Source: Candidatus Poseidoniaceae archaeon (GTDB lineage: Archaea > Thermoplasmatota > Poseidoniia > Poseidoniales > Poseidoniaceae). From it: a stretch of 32,000 nt of DNA. The translations under genes and the position numbers were made by a program. Of this stretch, positions 16,340-24,177 are shown piece by piece. The stretch covers positions 30,001 to 62,000 of the forward strand of contig CALSTM010000002.1 of NCBI GenBank assembly GCA_943789275.1, read 5' to 3'. Below the pieces are notes generated by a model that saw only the letters and a list, made by a program, of their open reading frames with translations, was not told where the DNA came from and made no database searches. The stretch's first letter is position 1, and the number at the start of each line of letters is the position of its first letter.

Positions 16340-17386
16340 GTGATGGTTGCTGCAATTGCTCTTGGCTGTGGTATGATAGGCAGATTTGTGGTCGAACGTT
16401 TACTTGAAAACGGCCATGAAGTCACCGTTGTCGACCTGAATATTCCTGAAGAACTTTCCTCGAATCCCAAGGTAACCGCTTTAGTTGGAGATGCGACTCA
16501 GCACATTGAGAACTTCCCACCACAATCGGTGATCATCAATATGCTCCCGGGGCGCATAGGAGACAAAGTCCGTCCCCAACTCCTCTCCGCAGGTCACAAC
16601 ATTGTCGATCTTGCTTTCACCGCCGAAGACCCCCACATTCACCAGCAATTGGCTGTTGAGAATAACGCAGTTCTTCTTTGGGACGTGGGTATCGCACCAG
16701 GTATGTCGAACATGCTTGCCAAAAAAGGTGAACAAGCCCTTGGGCATCTGAATACCCTCACCATCAAAGTAGGTGGAAACCCTGCTGCTCCAGATGGAGG
16801 ATGGTCGTACATGGCTCCGTTCTCGCCCTCGGATGTCATTGAAGAATACACTCGCCCTGTACGAATTAAATCCAACAATGATGTCTTTGAAGTCCCCCCA
16901 ATCACGGACCGGCACATGATACAGGTCGAAGGGTATGGCGAAATGGAAGCCTTCCTTACCGATGGACTTCGCAGTGTTCTTACGACGATTTCTGCCTCAA
17001 ACATGAAAGAATACACCGTTCGATGGCCCGGCCATATCCAAAAGTGGCTCGATTCCCAAGGCGTACTTGAAGAAAGTGAGATGTTGGACGCATGGAGGTT
17101 TGACGCCACACGGGAAGAATTCACTTGGTTGGAAGTCGAGGCCAAAACCGAACTCGGGCAAAAGCGATGGGTGGTTCAAGATTCGGGCCGCGATGGCGAC
17201 GGTTCAATGGCCAGAACAACTGGATTGGTTACTGCAGCATGCGCTCTGCTCTTTTTGAAGAATGGGCCGCTCCACGGCTGTGGACTCCAACCGGGAGTTC
17301 ACCCACCCGAAGCACTAAGCACAGAAGCAATCGACTACGTCATTGCCATGATGAGCGACCATGGCGTACAATTTGACGAAGATTAG
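16340..17386 (+). CDS. Saccharopine dehydrogenase-family NAD(P) oxidoreductase
   Basis: N-terminal Rossmann GCGMIGRFV...VTVVDLN. Central GIAPGMSNMLA and C-terminal YTVRWPGH are typical of the saccharopine/homospermidine-type dehydrogenase family. The start is GTG 16340 or ATG 16343, 8 nt after the asnS stop. Confidence 0.75.
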   Translation: MMVAAIALGCGMIGRFVVERLLENGHEVTVVDLNIPEELSSNPKVTALVGDATQHIENFPPQSVIINMLPGRIGDKVRPQLLSAGHNIVDLAFTAEDPHIHQQLAVENNAVLLWDVGIAPGMSNMLAKKGEQALGHLNTLTIKVGGNPAAPDGGWSYMAPFSPSDVIEEYTRPVRIKSNNDVFEVPPITDRHMIQVEGYGEMEAFLTDGLRSVLTTISASNMKEYTVRWPGHIQKWLDSQGVLEESEMLDAWRFDATREEFTWLEVEAKTELGQKRWVVQDSGRDGDGSMARTTGLVTAACALLFLKNGPLHGCGLQPGVHPPEALSTEAIDYVIAMMSDHGVQFDED

Positions 17387-17490
17387 AGCAGTGGCTCTCC
17401 GCAATTGGGACAGGGTAAACCAGGCATAAACTCACCGAGCAAAAAACCACAGTGCGGGCAAAGGGATGAGATGAAGTCCTCTCCGAGCAT
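17383..17490 (-). CDS. Unannotated 35-aa zinc-ribbon micro-protein (MLGEDFISSLCPHCGFLLGEFMPGLPCPNCGEPLL)
   Basis: ATG 17490 to TAA 17385-17383, starting 25 nt downstream of the HAD gene stop. It has two CPxCG zinc knuckles 13 aa apart. It is below the 60-aa cutoff of the ORF track. No clear SD. Confidence 0.55.
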   Translation of the reverse strand: MLGEDFISSLCPHCGFLLGEFMPGLPCPNCGEPLL

Positions 17491-17515
17491 GAAAGAGCAT
17501 TCGATACGATGTTCA

Positions 17516-18307
17516 TCAAGATGACGATGGAACCGACTCAAAATAGTCCGCAATAAGTGCTGCCAGTGGCATCAAATCTTTTTCTTCGATGACCACATGC
17601 GCATGCGGTTTTGGTCGGTCATCCCAGGGGTTGAAACAGATTGGGAAACCGGATTCTTGAAACATGGCAATGTCGCCAGCAGAATCACCGACCGAAGCAG
17701 TATTACTTTTCGATACACCCAGTCGGCGCTGAAGCATTTGAACCACGGAACCCTTTCCATCCATTTGCACCTGATATCGGCCAAAATCACCGAGTTCATA
17801 CTCACCGTTGGACAATTGTTCACCAAGAAGCCAACCGTTGGTAAAGACATGCAGTTGGGTATCCATGCCGTCTGCAAAACGCTGAGCAGTGAAACGGTCG
17901 ATTCCGCCCCAACGTTTTTTCCATTCGCTTTGACTTGGAAACTGTGCAGCGATATCGCGTGCCGTTTGTTGCAGACCACCGCTTACGATCGCCACATGAT
18001 AGCCATCGTCCAAGAGCTGTTGAATGAATTCTCTCCAATTTTTCATCATAGGCATACCTTCCATGTGTCCACGGAGTTCAGAATCAGTAATCGGTGATTC
18101 TTTCATCGAACGGCTTTGCTTAATCAGAGCAATGTCCAGTTTAATCCAATCCCATTCATCGAGCAGCCCTTGGTTATACAACTCAAAGGATTCATCGTTT
18201 GAAATTCCAAGATTATCGTAGACAAATTGCCATGTTGAAAGGTGATCAACAAGCACACGGTCCATATCCAAGCAGACTAAGCGGGGAGTTTCCATTTTCG
18301 ACATCAT
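17516..18307 (-). CDS. HAD-superfamily phosphatase (phosphoserine-phosphatase-like, subfamily IB)
   Basis: Motif I LVCLDMDRVLVD, motif II VAIVSGG and motif IV GDSAGDIAMF. Start is ATG 18307, 18304 or 18295. The track start at 18388 would overlap the upstream gene. Confidence 0.75.
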   Translation of the reverse strand: MMSKMETPRLVCLDMDRVLVDHLSTWQFVYDNLGISNDESFELYNQGLLDEWDWIKLDIALIKQSRSMKESPITDSELRGHMEGMPMMKNWREFIQQLLDDGYHVAIVSGGLQQTARDIAAQFPSQSEWKKRWGGIDRFTAQRFADGMDTQLHVFTNGWLLGEQLSNGEYELGDFGRYQVQMDGKGSVVQMLQRRLGVSKSNTASVGDSAGDIAMFQESGFPICFNPWDDRPKPHAHVVIEEKDLMPLAALIADYFESVPSSS

Positions 18308-18344
18308 TACCAATCCATCTGTTCCTTGAAGAATCCTTTGCAGC

Positions 18345-19253
18345 CTACTCTCGGCTTGGCCAATTGTACTGAGATTGAATTTGTTCAACTTGTTTGCCCA
18401 TAATGTACAAAATCAAAGCCACCATTATTCCAAAAAGTCCAACTAAAGTCATAGCAATGGTTGCTAAAGTGACTCCAATCGACGTGGAATTCAATTCTTC
18501 GAGTGTTCCAATAACGTTCCCCGACAATTTGTAACCCAGAATAAACAACACGATGCCAGGTATTCCAAACAAGAGCAGCGGGTGCTTGCTCTCAAGCATC
18601 CAATAAAACAATTGAGCAAAGCGAGACGCCGTTGCCAGTGATTCTCGTTGCGGCACTCGTACCGATTTGCGTGCAGGTACGATGCGAACTCGCAACGATT
18701 CATCAAGTTCCACTGCACGGGCAAGCGGTCCTAAGTAAGCAAGTGCTTCCATACCCTCCTGAGTGAGAACCAAGTGCTGCAATTGGACCGAACTGAGAAC
18801 AAGTTGGTCTGCGGAATCAGTTTCAGTCTCACCGACTTGATGGGAGAGATGGACATCCCATGTTTCTCGGGCTCTGTTCATAGCCAGCGGAAAATCCTGA
18901 AGTTTCCATTGTTCCGTAATTGAAAGGACAAGCGTCGAATCGATTGGTTCAAGGTTTCCATCCAAGAGAAACGAAGCGATACTTTGGACGGTGATGTCCT
19001 GATTGAAGTTAAGGACCGTGCAACCAACTTCTGCAGCATATTCAGCTGTAGAGTCCGAAGAGCCAAGGTCCAGAAGAACGACCTCATCTGCGCCCTCTCG
19101 TGCTCGAACGATGAGGGAAACAATCCTCAACTCAATGTCCTTGGCAATCAGGACAATCCGTAACTTTCTCTGAGCCACACCGTTGACTGTTTGCCACTTC
19201 ATATCAAACCCTCGCTGAGTTCGTGAATGAAAGTAGGGTTTGAAATCCATCAA
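18345..19253 (-). CDS. GT2-like membrane protein with degenerate catalytic motifs (probable pseudo-glycosyltransferase)
   Basis: Clear paralogue of the 2922-3869 GT2 (DLGSSDSTAEYAAEVGCTV vs DDGSSDSSARIAEACGALV; HPLLLFGIPGIVLF vs KPLLVLGLPGFGLL). However, NEEE is replaced by KDIE and the DXD (VLDSDGQH) by VLSITEQW. An alternative start is ATG 19202. Confidence 0.7.
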   Translation of the reverse strand: MMDFKPYFHSRTQRGFDMKWQTVNGVAQRKLRIVLIAKDIELRIVSLIVRAREGADEVVLLDLGSSDSTAEYAAEVGCTVLNFNQDITVQSIASFLLDGNLEPIDSTLVLSITEQWKLQDFPLAMNRARETWDVHLSHQVGETETDSADQLVLSSVQLQHLVLTQEGMEALAYLGPLARAVELDESLRVRIVPARKSVRVPQRESLATASRFAQLFYWMLESKHPLLLFGIPGIVLFILGYKLSGNVIGTLEELNSTSIGVTLATIAMTLVGLFGIMVALILYIMGKQVEQIQSQYNWPSRE

Positions 19254-19296
19254 GACAAAGCCACAGATTCATGTTCTATGACTCGATGCTGAGCAT

Positions 19297-20253
19297 GTGA
19301 AGGGGAACTACCGAATCGGAGTAGTCATTCCTGCTCGCAACGAGGAGAAGCATCTCCGCCAAGTCATTGAAACGCTTCCGGACTTTGTAGATGGAGCAAT
19401 TGTGGTCAACGACGGTTCAACGGATGGAACAAAAGACCTCCTCACTGAGTTTTCAAAATCCGAACGCATTCACACGCTTGACCTCCCTGGCAACGGTGTT
19501 GGTGCAGCTATTGATGCTGGCCACCAATATCTACTCGAGTTGTGGGGCGAACATGAATTCATCAGCGTCGTAATGGCTGGTGACGGGCAAATGAATCCTG
19601 ACGACATGGAGCACCTTGTCGACCCGATTATTGAAGGGCGCTGTGAATACGTCAAAGGAGACCGATTTGTTCATGTCAAAGGCGTGCAGGCAATGCCAAA
19701 GTATCGTCGAAGGGCGAGTCGCATTCTATCGTTGTTCACGTCGCTTGCCTCCGGACAGGACGTTTCCGACCCTCAGTGTGGCTATACTGCAACCAAATGT
19801 GAGATTCTGCGAGAATGGAACTGGAAGAAGTCTTGGAAAGGTTATGGCTATCCAAACTATTGGATAATCAATCTCTCTCGACTCGGGTACCGAATCGCCC
19901 ATGTCCCTGTTGAATCGATCTACGGTTCACAAACTTCAGGAATACGCCGATTGCCCTTTTTCTTCAAAGTTGGAACCATGATGGCCATTGAACATCATAA
20001 ACGAAACATTTCATGGATACTTAGCAACAGAATAACACCTCACACCCTTTTTGCAGCCATTGCCTACGGAATTGGATGGGTTGCTCTCCTCCCCGGAATA
20101 AGTACGGATATCGAACGTGAACTGGTCGGGAGAGGAATTGCCCCTGTTTTTATCACGCTTGCAGCATGGGCAGTCGCACATGTTTTTGACAAGGGCGCTA
20201 CCCGTACGGTACAGGAGTTGAGATTGAATGCGAAGGCTCGACAAAAGGCGTAA
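19297..20253 (+). CDS. Family 2 glycosyltransferase with C-terminal TM helices
   Basis: GTG start. Motifs IGVVIPARNEEKHL, VVNDGSTDGT and VMAGDGQMNPDD, plus C-terminal hydrophobic helices. Divergent from the degenerate paralogue. Confidence 0.85.
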   Translation: MKGNYRIGVVIPARNEEKHLRQVIETLPDFVDGAIVVNDGSTDGTKDLLTEFSKSERIHTLDLPGNGVGAAIDAGHQYLLELWGEHEFISVVMAGDGQMNPDDMEHLVDPIIEGRCEYVKGDRFVHVKGVQAMPKYRRRASRILSLFTSLASGQDVSDPQCGYTATKCEILREWNWKKSWKGYGYPNYWIINLSRLGYRIAHVPVESIYGSQTSGIRRLPFFFKVGTMMAIEHHKRNISWILSNRITPHTLFAAIAYGIGWVALLPGISTDIERELVGRGIAPVFITLAAWAVAHVFDKGATRTVQELRLNAKARQKA

Positions 20254-20557
20254 GCCAAGAAAGGCTCACGTCCGTCATATTTTGATTGCCAACAAACCGG
20301 ATGCTCGAGAAATTCTCGACCTTATTCAAGGGGCGAGAAATCCCCTCAAAATGTTCAAAAAATTGGCGAAAAAATATTCCAACTGCTCAAGTGCAAGTAA
20401 AAAGGGTGACCTCGGAGAATTCGTTGAAGGTCAAATGGTCCAAAAGTTCGAAGACGCGGTTTGGGTTACTGAGCCGGAAACTGTTCCGCAAAACTTCATC
20501 AAAACCCAATTTGGATTTCATATTTTATGGGTTCATGAAATTATTTTGCCCGAATAA
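20228..20557 (+). CDS. Parvulin-type peptidyl-prolyl cis-trans isomerase (Par14/PinA-like) with a basic N-terminal tail
   Basis: VRHILI...KKGDLGEFVEGQMVQKFEDAVW...QFGFHILWVHE matches the PpiC/parvulin domain. ATG 20228 is the only start upstream of the domain and it overlaps the GT2 3' end by 26 nt. Confidence 0.85.
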   Translation: MRRLDKRRKPRKAHVRHILIANKPDAREILDLIQGARNPLKMFKKLAKKYSNCSSASKKGDLGEFVEGQMVQKFEDAVWVTEPETVPQNFIKTQFGFHILWVHEIILPE

Positions 20558-20575
20558 GGACATCTCAATAAAAAC

Positions 20576-20653
20576 TGGTGGGCGATCCAGGATTTGAACC
20601 TGGGTCCAAGCGTCCCAAACGCCCGAGTATAGGCCAAGCTAACCCAATCGCCC
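20576..20653 (-). tRNA. tRNA-Pro (anticodon UGG), CCA encoded
   Basis: Hand-folded cloverleaf. Acceptor GGGCGAT/ATCGCCC, D loop AGCTTGGCCTA (A14, G18G19, A21), anticodon stem GGGCG/CGCTT with loop TTTGGGA, T arm CCAGG-TTCAAAT-CCTGG, discriminator A and genomic CCA. Confidence 0.9.
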
Positions 20654-20689
20654 CTTGCAGTCCTCGCCACGGCGTCTTACCTATGAAGT

Positions 20690-21148
20690 TCACTCAAGAA
20701 CTTGCCAGCGATTCGCATCAAGCCGAACGAGTAATCCTTGAGATTCAGCGATATCAATGAGGTCTTGGACTTCGAGAGACTGGCCGCTTTTCTTCAGCAC
20801 AGGTTCAAGTTGCTTCATCGTGAAAACGCCATCCTCATCAGCAGCTCGGTGAAGTATCTGTGGAAGGCCGGTAAACGATACATCGTCTTCGGACTGGAAG
20901 AGTTGCTCGTTTTTCACGAGACGTTTGCGAAGAGAAGTACGAAGTTCTTCTGGTGTGTTCGCCAAAGCCACTTCGATACGTAATTCAGCAGCTGTTTGTA
21001 CAGTACAAACAATACTTGGATTCTGTCCCATTTTTTGCCCACAATGGGGGCATGAGTTCCCCGTACCCCGATGTCCATGGCACGTGTTGCAAGCACTGCA
21101 ACGGAGCACGTTCCATCCACTGCCAGACACAGGTTGCCTTTCTGCCAA
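20690..21148 (-). CDS. Zinc-ribbon protein with a C-terminal helical (possibly winged-helix-like) domain, function unknown
   Basis: CSAC-x15-CPHC ribbon at the N-terminus. There is no ATG start; candidates are TTG 21148, GTG 21130 and GTG 21109 (the last would give MLRCSAC...). It starts 17 nt downstream of the PvlArgDC-like gene. Confidence 0.6.
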   Translation of the reverse strand: MAERQPVSGSGWNVLRCSACNTCHGHRGTGNSCPHCGQKMGQNPSIVCTVQTAAELRIEVALANTPEELRTSLRKRLVKNEQLFQSEDDVSFTGLPQILHRAADEDGVFTMKQLEPVLKKSGQSLEVQDLIDIAESQGLLVRLDANRWQVLE

Positions 21149-21165
21149 GGGTACTTCAACACTTC

Positions 21166-21825
21166 TCAGAGAGAAAAGTCCGTGTTGGATTTACGGCCAC
21201 CTGGTCGCAGTGCAGGTGCAGCAGGAGCCTTGACATCGACCCGCTTTTGTGGGGGTTCTGCTGCTTGGCGGGTCAGCGCCTTACGAACGGGACCGGTGCC
21301 CGTACGAGCGCCAAGCGAAAGTGAATTCGGTAGGATCAGAGCGGCCATAGCCACACCGTAGTGTTCGGCAGCGGCTGTTACTTCATCGACGGCGACATCA
21401 AACGACAGAACCTCAAGGTCACGGCTGGCGAGTTTTCGTTGAAGGTGACGACGAAGCAACAGCGTCGTTTCTTCATAATCCATTTCAGTAGAAACTGTGG
21501 CCACTATGGCGCAATTATCGCCTTCTGGAGTCACACAGGCAGCCCAAGCAACGCCTGCACACGCTGAAGAACCGTTCCAAGCATATGCAGTGGCGAGATG
21601 ACACTCCACCAGCGAACCCATGGGAAGAGGTTGGGGTGTTGTTGCACCAAAACCAAGCGGCAGCATGGCACCCTTCATTTCAATCAAACGTGAGTCACCA
21701 AGGCCCAATTCAACCAATCCCTGATCGTAAGCATCTTCACTGTTTTCACCCCAAGGAGCAACAGCAGTCATTAACCATCCAGGGCATTTCACAGAAGAAG
21801 CCTGATTTCCGTCAGTGGAGTACAT
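21166..21825 (-). CDS. Pyruvoyl-dependent arginine decarboxylase (PvlArgDC)-like protein lacking the Ser-Ser self-processing site, with a basic/Pro-rich C-terminal tail
   Basis: WGENSEDAYDQGLVELGLGDSRLIEMKGAMLP aligns with the M. jannaschii PvlArgDC segment as I recall it ([32 protein letters not shown]). LPMGSLV and EMDYEE also match. The SS cleavage dipeptide is replaced by KG. Confidence 0.6.
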   Translation of the reverse strand: MYSTDGNQASSVKCPGWLMTAVAPWGENSEDAYDQGLVELGLGDSRLIEMKGAMLPLGFGATTPQPLPMGSLVECHLATAYAWNGSSACAGVAWAACVTPEGDNCAIVATVSTEMDYEETTLLLRRHLQRKLASRDLEVLSFDVAVDEVTAAAEHYGVAMAALILPNSLSLGARTGTGPVRKALTRQAAEPPQKRVDVKAPAAPALRPGGRKSNTDFSL

Positions 21826-21826
21826 A

Positions 21827-22180
21827 ATGTCACTACAGATGCAACGGGTTCATGAAGAACATGGTCGTGAGAGACTCATGGCGACGCTTTCTCGAAGGCT
21901 TCTTCCATCAGCAGCAATATTGATTTTGCTGGCTGCTATTGTGTTGAATGTTTCAACGGGTGGAAGTTCACTGATTGTTGTGATTTTTGGACTGGGTCTC
22001 ATCTTTGTCGTATTCACATGGTATCTTTTTGAAGCATCATCACGTACAATTGACCGAGGTTCTTCACCCATTAAAGCGGAATATTCCTCGGGTAAGCCAT
22101 TGAATACATTCTCATCACAAGAACAACACAACGAACTCCCAGATCCGGTTGAAGCGGGATTTGAGATACCGTTATTGTGA
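21827..22180 (+). CDS. Small two-TM membrane protein, hypothetical
   Basis: Two clear hydrophobic helices (LLPSAAILILLAAIVLNV, LIVVIFGLGLIFVVFTWYLF), while the antisense ORF is not protein-like. Start is uncertain (ATG 21827, 21839 or 21878). ATG 21827 sits back-to-back with the divergent start codon at 21825. Confidence 0.5.
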   Translation: MSLQMQRVHEEHGRERLMATLSRRLLPSAAILILLAAIVLNVSTGGSSLIVVIFGLGLIFVVFTWYLFEASSRTIDRGSSPIKAEYSSGKPLNTFSSQEQHNELPDPVEAGFEIPLL

Positions 22181-22182
22181 AC

Positions 22183-24087
22183 TCACATCAAACGAACAGT
22201 CTCAAGATTTTGAGGTGCATACGTTCTGCACTTGTATCGCTCACGCAAGGTTTTCCCGAGTTCGTTGCATTTGTGGTAATCGCCGTGATGGCAAATGATG
22301 TTGCGCGGAGTGGGTGAAATTTGGTCGACGAAATCGAGCAATTGTCGTCGGTCAGAATGTCCAGAAAAGCCGTCAATGGTAACCATTTCACAGCCAATCT
22401 TGACAATCTCAGTTTTTCCGTTGATGACCATAGGAACCTCGCCGAACCCTTTCTGCAAACGTCGGCCAAGTGTGCCTTCTGCTTGATATCCTACAAAGCA
22501 CAACGAATTACGGTCTTCATGAGCCCAATTTTTGAAATATTCCATCACAGGACCGCCGTTCAGCATACCTGAAGTGGCCAACACGATACAAGGCGAGTTG
22601 TCCATGATGATGCTTTCGCGCAATTCACGCCCTTTGACTGGACGGAACCACTCGCTTGTAAACGGGTTTTCGCCATCGTCTTTGAGCAACGATTTACGCA
22701 AACTGCTGGTAAGATAATCAGGGTGAGAGGCGTGTATTGCAGTCGCTTCTTGAATCATGCCATCCAACCAAACGGGAACGGGCTTGATGTTTCCTGAACG
22801 GAACAATTCGTCAATAGCAATCATAACTTCTTGGCTACGCCCTACAGCGAAAACTGGGCAAATTAACTTCCCACCTCGAGCAATGGTCCTTGATACAATG
22901 TCTTGCAGTTCTTGGTTCGCTTCTTGACGAGACGGCTGGTAGTCGCCAGATGCACCGTATGTGGATTCAATAACAAGCGTTTCAACACGAGGGAAGCGAG
23001 TGTTCGCAGCATCAAACAGCCACGATTTCTCGTACTTTTGGTCACCACTAAACACAATGTTGTGCTTGCCATCACCGATATGGAGATGAACTGCTGATGA
23101 ACCAAGAATGTGACCTGCGTTCGAAAAAGTCAGTTTGATGTCTGGAGTAATGTCAGTGGTTTCGTCCCAGTCAACATCGACAACGTGCTTCATGCAGGTT
23201 CGAATGTCTTCCATATCGTAAGGTGCTCGCTTGCCTTCAGCGCCACCGACTTTCAGATAGTCGGTTTGGAGCAAGAGCATGAGATCACGTGTCGGAGGGG
23301 TACAGTAAACTGGACCTCGGTATCCGTATTTGAACAAAACAGGAAGCATTCCTGCGTGATCAAGGTGAGCGTGAGTCAATACAACTGCATCCAACTTTTC
23401 CAAAGGCAAGGCTTCTGGTGCAGTGAAGTATGGCATTGGGTCGGTATCCGAAGCAATGTTCACACCAACATCAATCATGACACGGGATTCGTTTGTCGTA
23501 ACGAAGTGACATGCTCGTCCGACTTCACGGTATGAACCAAGAGCAGTGACTCGAGCCCATGAAGCACCTGGGCGTTGAGGACGGTGAATGTTGAGCCCGA
23601 AGTCCTTCAACAGTTTCCGGCGTTCATCTGCGTGAACTTGACGGTATCCTCGAATGTCGTGAACGGTCTTTGAAACCAGTGGTGGGGTTCGCTCAACGGT
23701 CACTAACCATCCGGATTGGTCTCGGATTTGTTGCAAGTTAATGCCTCGACGACCAACTGCTTCTCCGGGATTTTGGCATTGAACGGTAATCTCACGGTAA
23801 CAAGCATCGAAGTAAATCTGTTGAATGTCTGCAGTCTCAGGAATAATTTCTTTCACGATCTTGGTCGCTTCTTCTTCTGATTTCATGATGGAAGCATCGG
23901 GTCGAAGAACAATCTTTCTCTTCACTTTTTGAGACAATTTAGCAAGAAGTCCATCCGTTGCGAGGATTCGATTCGGCTCTGGCGTAACCAGAGCAATGTT
24001 GCCAGCTTCTAATTCTACAGTGTATGGAATGTCGCGAGGAACAATCTTTTGCACTTGGTCTTTCAATTCTTTAAACGTTAAACGCAT
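22183..24087 (-). CDS. fttA: aCPSF1 / FttA: KH-domain beta-CASP metallo-beta-lactamase ribonuclease (archaeal transcription termination factor)
   Basis: 634 aa with N-terminal KH repeats, HAHLDHAG in a metallo-beta-lactamase core, and a beta-CASP C-terminal region ending HHGD. GGTGA SD lies 6 nt upstream of the ATG. Confidence 0.93.
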   Translation of the reverse strand: MRLTFKELKDQVQKIVPRDIPYTVELEAGNIALVTPEPNRILATDGLLAKLSQKVKRKIVLRPDASIMKSEEEATKIVKEIIPETADIQQIYFDACYREITVQCQNPGEAVGRRGINLQQIRDQSGWLVTVERTPPLVSKTVHDIRGYRQVHADERRKLLKDFGLNIHRPQRPGASWARVTALGSYREVGRACHFVTTNESRVMIDVGVNIASDTDPMPYFTAPEALPLEKLDAVVLTHAHLDHAGMLPVLFKYGYRGPVYCTPPTRDLMLLLQTDYLKVGGAEGKRAPYDMEDIRTCMKHVVDVDWDETTDITPDIKLTFSNAGHILGSSAVHLHIGDGKHNIVFSGDQKYEKSWLFDAANTRFPRVETLVIESTYGASGDYQPSRQEANQELQDIVSRTIARGGKLICPVFAVGRSQEVMIAIDELFRSGNIKPVPVWLDGMIQEATAIHASHPDYLTSSLRKSLLKDDGENPFTSEWFRPVKGRELRESIIMDNSPCIVLATSGMLNGGPVMEYFKNWAHEDRNSLCFVGYQAEGTLGRRLQKGFGEVPMVINGKTEIVKIGCEMVTIDGFSGHSDRRQLLDFVDQISPTPRNIICHHGDYHKCNELGKTLRERYKCRTYAPQNLETVRLM

Positions 24088-24177
24088 ACTATTTCACCGT
24101 ATCCCGAGCACGCACTGTAGTGTGCACAGACTCTCCCCGAAGGGAGCGCAGGGTGGAGCTGCGGGAAGGTGAAATCA
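24088..24177 (-). promoter_or_regulatory. Highly structured psmB-aCPSF1 spacer: an 8-bp closing helix sequesters the aCPSF1 SD and encloses three perfect hairpins
   Basis: On the minus strand, ATTTCACC (24175-24168) is complementary to GGTGAAAT (24098-24091). The internal hairpins, given in plus-strand coordinates, are 24147-24163 (5 bp, 7-nt loop), 24133-24146 (5 bp, UUCG loop on the RNA) and 24112-24125 (4 bp). Confidence 0.5.

Noticed and set aside
24091-24175. The cloverleaf-shaped psmB-aCPSF1 spacer, tested as a possible tRNA or tRNA-like gene.
   Set aside because: The arm order and sizes do not fit on either strand. There is no GTTCRANY T-loop and no D-loop GG. The 7-nt loop with U33-like geometry is in the wrong position. 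I kept it as a structured regulatory element instead.
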